Below, piece after piece: positions 1 through 9,390 of a DNA stretch of 64,000 nt. The position numbers and the translations under genes were made by a program. The notes beneath the pieces are model-generated. The model made no database searches and was not told the DNA's origin. It was given only the letters and a program-made list of their open reading frames with translations. The DNA is taken from assembly GCA_051530055.1 (NCBI GenBank), contig CM121341.1:15416784-15480783 (forward strand), read 5' to 3'. The stretch's first letter is position 1; each line of letters begins with the position of its first letter. Origin of the DNA: Neoechinorhynchus agilis. Its lineage: Eukaryota; Animalia; Acanthocephala.

Positions 1-270
1 AAACAGCAATTCTTCGATTTTCCGTAATCTTTCTTCACTTGAAATTTGTGATAAATTTAGAACAATGTCTAGTTCATTCATGACTTTTTCGAGTGAAAGT
101 CCGTTTACAAGTTCATCCGGGGGTTCTATTTTCGACAGTAACACATTTCCAGCCCAAATAAAATCAGCCGAATGAATGGTCGAACATTGATCATTGTTTT
201 GGGGTCACTTCGTGGTCAAAAGAATTTCGCCGTTTTTATAAAATTCTTCAGAAACATAGACACGAAACGT
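1..270 (-). pseudogene. PNPLA8: Partial second copy of the PNPLA8-like patatin gene (exon-2 region), running off the left window edge
   Basis: Bases 1-205 are the reverse complement of 61860-62064 with about 3 substitutions by eye; weaker similarity continues to ~270 with a frameshift and stop. Confidence 0.8.
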
Positions 271-879
271 TGTAAAGAAATAAACAAAAACGACAGTTTA
301 CTGCTATTGCAAGTTCGTAAATGCAGCGATAAGCTATTTTTCTCTTAGGATGATTTTCGATTAAAAATATAATCATATTTCGCGTAAAAATTTTAGCTTA
401 AGATATATGTAATTTTTGGCCGCTAAGATTTCTGATTTGCGCAAAAATAGTACATTTTAATATGCGACAGGCTACGACATATATAAAAGCAAATTTCGTT
501 TTTCTCCGTGTATACGAGGGTTGCTTTTATAAACGGCAAAAGAAAATTAACTAAATTCCGATTTTTTGTTTTTTGTATAAAACAAAAACTTACGAGCTAA
601 AATGTATTTTTAGTACGCGTAAAAAATCTTTCGACAAAAGCACACCTCATTAAAGTTAATTATTTCCAAAAGCCATAGAAAAGCGAGACTTACTCGTTTA
701 AATAGTAAAGACTAGAAGATCGTTGATCTTCGATTCACAATTACCTGTTCATAGAGCTCACAGTTATTCAAAGCTAGCTATTTGAAAGATGGATAATCAT
801 GCGCTTTAGATCCAGATTGAAGACAGGACCACCCGCTATAAAGTCGCATAAAATCTGACATATTTCTAAGAGCACTCAG

Positions 880-1553
880 TTACTCCATCAAGTTTTTATA
901 TTTTTTCCGTACAGTTATCCCGGGATGATTAAGTAGATCTACATCGTCTTTATTTGATCGATTTGGAATCGGACTGTCATGATGAATGTAAGTTCTTTTA
1001 GTCGGTGAAGGAGTGTGAAACTCTCTTTCGATATCTTCTTTTGTGACTCGTCCTAGGAACACATGAGCAATAATACCAGCCTCCTTCCCAGGTCTTTCAA
1101 TGTCAATCGTTGTTTGAGCTGCTGCCTTTTCAGCTTCCCTCTCAGATGAAAATTGGACGTATGTCAATTCTTGACCAGTTCGTACCTAAAAAAAGTCTAA
1201 GTTTTTTGTTAACAAAAAAATCCACAAACATAGACTATTTCGATTTGACCGAATTCTCCTAAAGATTCCTGAACCGCACGAGTGTCGGACGTATCTACGC
1301 CAATTACAGTGACCCACTTCGAGTCGCAATCAATGCTATCGATTCTATCCTCCGATGGATGAGCAATAAGATTGTCCAAAATCTCTCGAGCGTCGCTCCA
1401 ATCGTAATCATCCTCTTCTTTGGCTGAAGACGCTGAAGATGTGTGATCTTCATTGCTTCCACTTTCTACCCTAAGACGCCAATTTTTTCATGCTCAGTTG
1501 GAAAAAGAAACAAACTTTTCGATCTCCAATTCGTCATCGACGGCGTTTGACAT
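880..1553 (-). CDS. RRM-domain protein, ~195 aa; the RRM resembles the Nup35/Nup53 type
   Basis: Hand-built model: exons 1553-1516, 1470-1230, 1185-880; GT-AG introns 1515-1471 (45 nt) and 1229-1186 (44 nt) keep one open frame. It gives MSNAVDDELEIEK...KWVTVIGVDTSDTRAVQESLGEFGQIEIVYVRTGQELTYVQFSSEREAEKAA (RNP2/RNP1-like pattern). Confidence 0.72.
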
Positions 1554-2164
1554 TACTTTCTGAAAGTCCTAAAAGAAACTTTTTAAATCAATTCCTAATC
1601 AATAGAAAACGCTACATAAAAACACTACTGATGCCCGAATAGCAAAACTCAATTTCTTTGTACATCACGATTTAGTCGTAAAGAGCAGTTAACGTTCAGT
1701 ATTGTACAAATCGCCAACCAATAATGCAAACGTCGACAATCACATATAGCCAAATGCCATTTTGTTATTCGGCAACACGAATCATCTATTGCCAAAAAAG
1801 GAAAACCGACCCAACTATGCGAAGAATAACAATCACCCTGACGACTAAAAAAGCGATAATAACAAGAGGCTCTGGTCAGTATTAAACGATTCCGTGGTTC
1901 ACCAAGTTCTTTCGTTTAAAACCCTATTCTCTACCGCCCAGAACACATAACGACTAAATAGAAATAACCCGCCCGCGGCTCCAGGATCATATTTTAACCG
2001 ATTTTTAAATAACGTTCATTGCGTCATAGCTCTCATCATCAATTATATCTTCCTGTTAATTAGCGCGCATTTAAACATCACAACTGAAATTCTATTCCTT
2101 ATTTCAAGTGTGGTCATTTTTACACCTCATAATTTTTTCCTTGGGTGCACAGCTAACCGATATT

Positions 2165-2330
2165 TTGGATCAGGGAACGGTTAAGAATTTTTGTACATCC
2201 CTCCGGATTCTCAGATAGCTCCCGAGCAGGTGGAACTCATCAGTGAGTTTACTCCTCTCTTCAGCGGTATTTCGTTCCTTTGGTTGCGCGTCATTCGCGA
2301 TTGTGGATTTGAACCCATCCACCAGTCACC
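2165..2330 (-). mobile_element. SINE-like repeat, copy A (B box plus permuted-hammerhead module)
   Basis: Minus strand GGGTTCAAATCC (B box), then the module shared with copies at 34.3-35.1, 36.6, 46.0 and 49.8 kb. Confidence 0.75.
2210..2278 (-). ncRNA. Candidate non-circularly permuted hammerhead ribozyme (copy A, complete core)
   Basis: Minus strand: GGAAC-GAAA-TACC ... CTCA-CTGATGA-GTTCC ... GCTAT-C-TGAG. Stem II GGAAC/GTTCC, stem I CTCA/TGAG, stem III ATACC/GCTAT (one mismatch), AUC cleavage triplet. Confidence 0.65.
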
Positions 2331-2407
2331 AGCTGGTCAGACTTGAAAAAATGAATCAATTGGTTTAAAATTAAAAATCAAAAACTGACAGAGTTTATAC
2401 TATCCAT

Positions 2408-2595
2408 AGTTGTGCCGAGGTGGTCAAGCGGACTAAGGCTCGTGATCTCAATTGGGGTCGAAGGGTTCAAATCGGTTACCGTTGATGGCGCACAACCAAA
2501 GAGGGCGAAAGTGTGATTCAGGGTATTAAGTGATTTTGCGCGGTTCCCTGACCCAGATCTGTGGGCTTTGTGCTAAATTAGTGATTGTCGTAATT
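2408..2595 (+). mobile_element. SINE-like repeat, copy G: tRNA-like head and 3' tail, hammerhead module mostly deleted
   Basis: A box TGGTCAAGCGG and B box GGTTCAAATC. The 3' part GGGTATTAAGTGATTTTGCGCGGTTCCCTGACCCAGATCTGTGGGCTTTGTGCTAAA matches the reverse complement of ~36637-36692. Confidence 0.7.
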
Positions 2596-2846
2596 TCCCT
2601 GGTCAATTCAATAAGATATGTTTTATCCGGTCGATTATGATCACTACAGCTCCTGAAGCCTATTTATTGAGCCCTTTTAAAGAAAGCATTCTTTTGATTA
2701 TTAAAATTAAAATCGAAGAGGATCAACCCAACCAGGTTCTCGAATACGACAGATTGCAGATTTTCAGCATGACGTACTAATGTTCGAATTCAAGGGATTT
2801 AATTTGAGGAGTTCTTACAATGAATACAATTTAGCAGATCAGGAAT

Positions 2847-3590
2847 TCATGATCGCCTCCGTTTCCCATTGGAGGGTTGATTTTTATCTGTAGATGGACT
2901 AGAACTAATCAACCGAGAATCGTCGCTTCGATTCGACGTCCTTCCACGTTGCTCATTAGACTGCAGTCGTTTCTGTTTTTCCCGATATTCAGCGTCCAAT
3001 GCAGCCGAGACAAGTCTAGATATTTCGTCCAAATCCGTTTCTGTATCCTCGTCGACTTTTCGTTTTTTTGTCTCACTTTGAGTCGGGATGTGAGCCAAAC
3101 CTTGATCGCTATCGTCACAATCGCGTTTTAAGGGTGAAGTAAGCTTAATATCGTTCAATTTCTCTGTCTGAGTCCCTGTTTCTTTAAGAGTTCGTTTTTT
3201 TGAACCGCGTTCTGCCTCCAATTCTTTCTGTAGCCGTTCAATCTCCATTCGAGCCATTTCAGCCTCGGCTTCGTGCTTCTTGGTCCATTCATAAAACATA
3301 AGTTCAACATCCTCGAGTTCCTTTCTTTTACAAAAAGAAAAATCTTCAAAGACATTAAGATCACTCTTAAGTCTCTCATTCTCCTCGGTAAGATCATGAA
3401 CTTTCTGATCCAAATCACGCGAATGCCGAATCACAGTGTCCATATTCCGGAACATATCAAAATCGCTTCCGAGAAGCAGAACACTTCTTGCGGGCACCTG
3501 AGTTGGGACGTATGGAACATAGTTGACAGGTCGCACTTCTGGCGATTCAAGGCATACAATATCCTCGTTTGTGGAAGTTGGAACAGTCTG
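2847..3590 (-). CDS. Hypothetical coiled-coil / charged low-complexity protein (last exon)
   Basis: 229-aa ORF with heptad-like E/K-rich stretch (DLDQKVHDLTEENERLK, EMARMEIERLQKELEAER); the frame extends upstream to a plausible TTTCAG acceptor near 3590. No family recognised. Confidence 0.55.
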   Translation of the reverse strand, partial: QTVPTSTNEDIVCLESPEVRPVNYVPYVPTQVPARSVLLLGSDFDMFRNMDTVIRHSRDLDQKVHDLTEENERLKSDLNVFEDFSFCKRKELEDVELMFYEWTKKHEAEAEMARMEIERLQKELEAERGSKKRTLKETGTQTEKLNDIKLTSPLKRDCDDSDQGLAHIPTQSETKKRKVDEDTETDLDEISRLVSAALDAEYREKQKRLQSNEQRGRTSNRSDDSRLISSSPSTDKNQPSNGKRRRS

Positions 3591-3897
3591 AAATCACAAT
3601 TACGGTCCTCTTCTAACAAGGCTAAAATGAGAAACCTAAAGAAACGTGGCAATCTCTGCATCCATCAAGGACTGTGATCATCATCGATTGTCCAATAATC
3701 TACTTACACTCATCGTATTCTTATCATCCCGATCAAGAGAATTCACATGATAGTCTATATTTTGTGCGTTCTTCCGTGTCTAAAATCAATATTTATCACT
3801 TTGAAACTTTTGATTGGTAAACACTTTGTGAGCATTGCCCAATCGGCAATTGTTTCAAGTTAGAGAGTCCTGGCTGATAAACTTTTAACATCTAAAT

Positions 3898-4074
3898 ATG
3901 CTTGTTTATGGCGTAAAAGTTAAAGGCGTTTATTGAATCTGATTGTATCCGGGAAGGTTATTTAAAGTGTTTAATCAGAAACACTTTAATAACCTCGATA
4001 AAGGCACAAGATCGTACTTTCGAGAACCATCGGATTTAATAAACTCCTTTAATTTTTACGCCATAAACAAGCGT
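3898..4074. repeat. Fold-back pair of Penelope-type terminal repeats with a decayed minimal hammerhead (family P3)
   Basis: TTGTTTATGGCGTAAAA...TTTATTGAATC is inverted at ~4035-4071; the central CTCGATAAAGGCACAAGATCGTAC resembles intact P3 motifs at 33863, 45917 and 49509. Confidence 0.55.
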
Positions 4075-4559
4075 GGATAGTTCAATATTTAAACAGCAAT
4101 ATCTAAATACTCAATCAATCAATGGCAATTAATCGTCCTTTGAAGTTGTCGAGTCTAGTGCCGACGGGCTCATAAACGGGTTAAGTGAAGCAAAAATAAA
4201 TTAATACTCATAAACGAGTGAAGCTGTCAACATTTGTTTGGTGCTATTCCTTTCATTTGTCCTCCCAGTTATTCTATTCGTTAAAATCAGTGTTGCCAAT
4301 GGCGATCTCTTTCTGCATATGCGCCTCTGGTCCCTTAGAATGTCATCCAAAGACCTTGAGTACTTTTGTATGTTTGCCATCCTACCAACGCTCACCTTCG
4401 CATATCTAACCTTCTACAAATTTTCTTCTAATCTATTCAAAAAACCTAATACATTTCACAAGGGGTGCGCTCTAATCTGCTCCTTCGGACTCCTGCCTTT
4501 AGAAAAACACCTCTATCTAATTTTTCAAAGCACTGAAAACGCCTTAATTTCTTCCACAT

Positions 4560-4760
4560 ATTTCTCCTTTTACTCACAATTACAATACTCGTCGCCCCAA
4601 CGTTTTCCATCATTCATTTCCCCGCACAAATCTCTACCTCCGCAATTTCTTCCCCATTGCTCAATCCTCCAAATGCGAATTGATTTGTAGGAAAGAACGG
4701 AAAACAATAATTACAAAATTAATTAAACAAAATCAAATAAACTAACCGAACAAAGTCAAC
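4560..4760. repeat. Dispersed repeat, inverted copy at ~39205-39410
   Basis: Near-identical reverse complement (GGAGGATTGAGCA.TGGGGAAGAAA...GGAGGTAGAGATTTGTGCGGGGA). It may be the 5' part of a LINE, but that is not shown. Confidence 0.7.
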
Positions 4761-4944
4761 TTACCCAAGATACAAGCTAAAGAGCGGAAAACAACAACTA
4801 ACGTTTTGTAACTGAAGTGCATGGTTCGGCAGCTTGTATTTTCCCAAATAAAACGTGTTATTATTATTTTTAAAATATAATTCGTTCTTTTCATTCACAA
4901 ATTCCTCCTTTTCGTCCCATTCTGCGACTGTCGTCATGATTGTT

Positions 4945-5500
4945 CGGCAGCTTTTTTGATGGCCGCGGCATTACCGCGTTGGATCGCTGCGCTGATTCGC
5001 TGCAACAGGAAGCTGCTAGAGCGCATGTCGCCGGTGGCATGTTTTAGCATCTTGCCCAGTCGGGAGAGGAAATAATCGGCTTCTTTTCCGAGACATCCGA
5101 GTGTTTCCAGCGCAATCGGGATGAATATATATTGATGTCCATCGAGCGAGGAGTACTTATGCCGTTTTTTTCCACGCTGAAGCTAGCGACTACTCCCAGC
5201 TTTGAAGTTGCATGGGACTCTGCGGGCGTGTTAGGGCAAGTAAAATCCCAAACCAGTATTTTCCGGAACACCATGGGAGAAGAGTCGCTCCATCAGGGCG
5301 TTTACCGTCGTTCCGGGAGAGTCCGACTGGCTCAAGTCGAGCGGAAAAATCGACCGTTGAGAGGGTTTCCTTAATTATGCGGTTGACTGCTGAGTGAACG
5401 CTTACAGTCAATACCGGGGTAGTTCCTGACCTGTTCACTGTCTCACCGCACCGGCATGTATATGAGTCTAAGAAATTGATACCAACCAAAGTTCCACAGT
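4945..5500 (-). mobile_element. CRE-clade non-LTR retrotransposon 3' fragment (restriction-like endonuclease region)
   Basis: CRCG..., LEPVGLSRNDGKRPDG, PW.SGK, WDFTCPNT motifs across frameshifted ORFs. Confidence 0.85.
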
Positions 5501-5518
5501 GACCGTGATGGCTATCTT

Positions 5519-6879
5519 ACGAATGATTGATTTCGTGCATTCGTGATTTACTGTTTTTTGATTGATAGAGATTCAAAAAATAAAATATTGAAAGCTTTGA
5601 CGTTACTATTTTCAAAAATATAAGTAGAAGAGAAATTTTCAGATTGATAAAATTGACTTTGTTTAGATAATTTTTTGTCGAACTATTCAGCGGCAATTAC
5701 TAATTATCAACAATCCACAATTCGATACTAAATAAATGAAAACGTTTTCTCAAAATCTGAAATAAACTTTGATTATCTGAGATGCTGAACAAAATGATAA
5801 CATATTATAACCTGACAGCGAGCTGCGTGTGTTCAAATGCAAAAAGCTAAGAGTCATTCCGTGTTATCACAATCGAAGCACAATCTCTGGATAATGGCGA
5901 TCATTCTAAAGTACTTTTAGAAGTTTCGAGGGCTTTAGCACAAGAAAAATTAACCGTTAAAGCCCTGCAACGTGTTTCCTTCATTTCGAAGGCATATAAT
6001 CAAAAAGGAAGATATTAAACTAATTTAAAGGGCAAAGTATTTGGTTGTTTGCTACCGTTTAAGCATAAAGAGTTCATGTTTAATCTGGCACTTTTTCGGA
6101 CATGAACTCTTTAACACCACCGCACCGGATACTGTTTATTAAATATAATTTTAAAATTTATATTGTAAAAACGCACTTGTTTCGTTTGATATTGCAGCTT
6201 TGTCAATATATATAGAATTTTATTTAAATAAAAAATTGAGCTCGTGAATTTTTTTTAACTTTTCTAGATCTTTAACAATTCAAACAATCTGTTTGAAGCA
6301 CACTCACCACCTCCCGCCAAATTCCAGCTTTTGTCCTTCCTCGACCGTCGCCATCACGCTGGCAGCATTGCCTCGTTGTACTTCCAGCGAGATATTTTGT
6401 CGAAGGAATACACCTGCTCTTGAGTCTCCAGTTGCCTCTCTCAATTTCTTCGAGAGATCCTGGAACAGAGAGAATGCCGAGCTGCCGAGCGCTCCATACG
6501 TCTCTACCCCAAAGGGGACAAAATAGTGAGCCCTCGATAAGTGAAGATATTTCCGTACCTTCCTCCCTTCCGCTGCACTGGCTGCACCTCCAGCGATTTC
6601 GAGAAAGTAGGGAATGTTGCTTACTGTGAGGGTGTCCACACACGTGGCGTCCCAGAGAAGGCATTTGCCCTCCCGCCACGGGAAGACCGAAATTCCATCG
6701 GGCCTACGGCCGTCTAGTCGAATTTGCGATTTAATTCTTATAAATAGAGCAGTTTCTTAAATATTAAATTTAAAAATTGCTTGAAAATTCTATTTAAATA
6801 TTCTTAGAGCTTCGATTCTGCTTAGTGGATATCTTTTCGACTTTTACAAGGACTATATATGTATTTTCGTCTGATATTT
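5519..6879 (+). repeat. Direct segmental duplicate of 41174-41976, interrupted by a CRE insertion
   Basis: Collinear near-identical sequence from TACGAATGATTGAT to GTATTTTCGTCTGATATTT; ~6200-6722 is absent from the 41-kb copy. Confidence 0.9.
6265..6722 (-). mobile_element. 5'-truncated CRE-clade copy, same family as 54170-57290
   Basis: Shares the 3' UTR TTAACAATTCAAACAAT.TGTTTGAAGCACACTCACC and C-terminal ...RQNISL.VQRGNAASV..TVEEGQKLEFGGRW. Confidence 0.9.
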
Positions 6880-6881
6880 CA

Positions 6882-7745
6882 GACCTCCACCGACGGCGAG
6901 ATGGGACGTTGAACGTGGTAATAAAGGTTGTCTCCTTCTTAACGTAATTGCCGGATGTTGTCTCATTTCCTTTAGATATGGATTACTGGACCTCGTATGA
7001 CGAAAGCATTGATTGACCAGTACAAAAATGGTTGCAAACATCACTATCATGAACATAGAATTTACTGCATTCGGTGCAAGGAATTCTATACACCACGCCT
7101 TCGCTATCAAGGTCGTTATATGCAGCTCCTTTTATCAAATTGTTAATTGCGGTAGACAGCTCATCATCAACGAATGGTGCAGCTATGAAGACCCTTCGTT
7201 TCGGCTCGTGGCACACTGTTTTCCAACCATAGAAGACCCTGAAACTAACTCTTCTTATCACATAGATTCGGTAGCCCTTTTCTTTAAGCATATTCCCAAG
7301 AAACTCAAGCTCATTATTGAGGGAATCTTGGTTCGTATTCAATTCCCTTGTCGGCGTTTGCATGATTCTTGCATAATTAACACCTAAAGGGCTTTGACGC
7401 CATCGAAATTTATATCTTCCGCGTTCACTATTTCCTAATAGTGGCTTGCTTGATTCCTGTATCGAATGCGTTTGTGAATTATTTACCGTTGTCGAATTTA
7501 CTTTATAGTTCAATTACCTAAGTCTTGGTTTGTATGATTTCTGCATAATAGACTGCTGAAGGACTGTTTGCGAAATCGAACTTAATTTTTTGATATCTTT
7601 CTATTTCCTTACCTTCGTTTACGTTATTTTCGTATCGAGCACTTTTGGGATTTTCTGACGTTGTCCAATTTACTTTAAATTTCAGTTCCATAATCGATAT
7701 TTTTTGATTCTTGTACTCTTCATTGTTGTGGTACTGTTGCGCCAT
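6882..7745 (+). repeat. Direct duplicate of 44986-45715, containing a Penelope RT-thumb/GIY-YIG fragment on the minus strand (~6990-7345)
   Basis: Near-identical ORF translations (6853..7110 vs 44918..45214; 7013..7387 vs 45117..45533); NELEFLGNMLKEKGY and GVVYRIPCTECSKFYV are Penelope-type motifs. Confidence 0.85.
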
Positions 7746-9390
7746 CGAATTAAATCTTTTGATATCTCTATTTCCTAACAGCCGTTTGCGTGATTCTTGT
7801 ACCGAATACGTTTTGTATTTTCTGGCTTCATCGAATTTTTAATACCACGTTGAACGTCCCATCTTGCTGTCGGTGGAGGTCGTGAGCATAATGATGGCAC
7901 AGTTCCTATCGGTTTCTTTAACATCGCCAAAAATCACTCTTTTTCTTAAGCTTGCAAATGGCAAGCGCGTTATTTTTTTGTAAGACTACGCTAACTTTAA
8001 TGATTAAAAGAGCACAGCGAATGACACACAAAGAAACTAATTTAAGATGATTTCAGTCGATTGCTATTTTAATAGCGCACAAAATCAGATGAATACAGTT
8101 GCAAAAGGAAATTATTAATCGCCAACTCAATATTGCGCTGGACTGTTGGAACCTGAAGATTCCGTTCAAGATAACCGAGTCTGCGAAATGTGGTCTTATA
8201 TATTAATCCAATCGCAAATACCGATTGAACAGCTTAAGTACGGTCGACAAAGGGTTGAAAACCCCTTTTTTTGAACGCTTGGGACGAATCGACTACTGTA
8301 GTCGTGCAGAAAATATCGCTATGCAATGCACAACCGGAAACCTTTCTTTAAAAATATCTTAGCTGCTCAAATTTTAATTTCTACCTACAATCCTTCAAAA
8401 AATGCATGTTTACTGCATTATATCAATTCTCAAACACTCACACTAATCTTCATTAGTTATTTCCTGAAGCACCGATACTTGATCACCTTTGGGCTTCCTC
8501 CGGATCCAACTAAACGTTTCTCTTGCGCATTGTCCTAGCCCCTTCATATCAGAAAGTTCTGTCATCGTGTGGTATTTTGTTTCTGGTAAAAAGATCATCA
8601 ATGTGGCAACAAAAAGTGCAGATCCTCCAATCGCGATCATAGTTACGAGTCTTTTAGATGTCAGTTGAATTGCACTACATCAATGTTGTTTTGAAACCTT
8701 TCATTGTAATGTTAGGAAGCTTTGTTAATTTGCTGTTTTTGATAGCTTCTGCAGTCGTTTTCTTCGTTAGTATACAATTGTATAATGCGATTCTGGATGT
8801 TATGTGCTGTTATGTGTCTGTCAAGCATCCCAAGGATCTGTTTGGCATTGTTTTTGTTGCGTTTTGTTGACCTGCACTTGTCTGATATCGTGTTAATCGC
8901 GAAGAAAGTAACTTTGGTAATCGGCTTTCTATTCTCCCCGCATATCTTGTTTTTTACAGTTTAATCTTTCAGCTTTCACGCAGTGGATTCTTGTTCAATT
9001 GGTGGGTCCAGTATTGTGTGAACAATCGTACCAGATGATATCTAATCCAAAGCGAAGGAATCTCCGGGTCAGTGTTTTCATGTTTATTGCATACTTGACT
9101 GCTGAAGGACTGTTTCGCCATCGGACCAAAAAAAATTTCCTCGTTCAATATTTCCTAAGAGTCGTTTGCATGATTTTTAACTTATACGTTTACGAGTTTC
9201 TGATATTATCGATTTTTTTATTATGAAGTTTTATTCGCTAATCGACGTTTCCATCATTCTCGCATGCTAGACTGCCGACGGATTTTCGCCGCCGAACTTA
9301 GTTTTTTATCATTCTCTATTTCCTAACCGGCGTTGCCATAATTTTGTACCGAATGCTTATGGGATTTTCAGACGTCATAGAATTTACAAA
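7370..9390. repeat. Degenerate ~170-bp tandem repeat (7370-7830 and 9090-9390), interrupted by the inverted SLC22 duplicate
   Basis: Motif (C)TATTTCCT(A/T)A recurs at ~7428, 7601, 7768, 9148 and 9316 (spacings 173, 167, 168) with shared flanks ACTG...CGCCATCGAA. Confidence 0.55.
7845..8668 (-). pseudogene. Inverted duplicate of 44043-45028 carrying the 3' end of the SLC22 gene
   Basis: ORF 8443..8640 (IAIGGSALFVATLMIFLPETKYHTM...EITNED) matches the C-terminus of 43878..44267; ~44705-44865 is missing from this copy. Confidence 0.9.

Noticed and set aside
2408-2480. Functional tRNA gene (also at ~34510-34586 and ~50010-50060)
   Set aside because: A and B boxes are present, but no acceptor stem or full cloverleaf could be folded, and the sequence continues into a repeat body; treated as a SINE-like head.
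4238-4690. 150-aa hydrophobic membrane-protein ORF
   Set aside because: Pyrimidine-rich antisense of a dispersed repeat also present at 39.2-39.4 kb; composition explains the hydrophobicity.
6067-6112. 13-bp hairpin AAAGAGTTCATGT/ACATGAACTCTTT (also at ~41665-41710) as a pre-miRNA or terminator
   Set aside because: Stem is short with a large loop, and both copies come from one duplication, so they are not independent evidence.
8660-8880. Plus-strand hydrophobic ORF 8658..8870 as a gene
   Set aside because: The minus strand reads NAKQILGMLDRHI...IQLY, like a LINE RT C-terminus; probably a relic, but too short to annotate.
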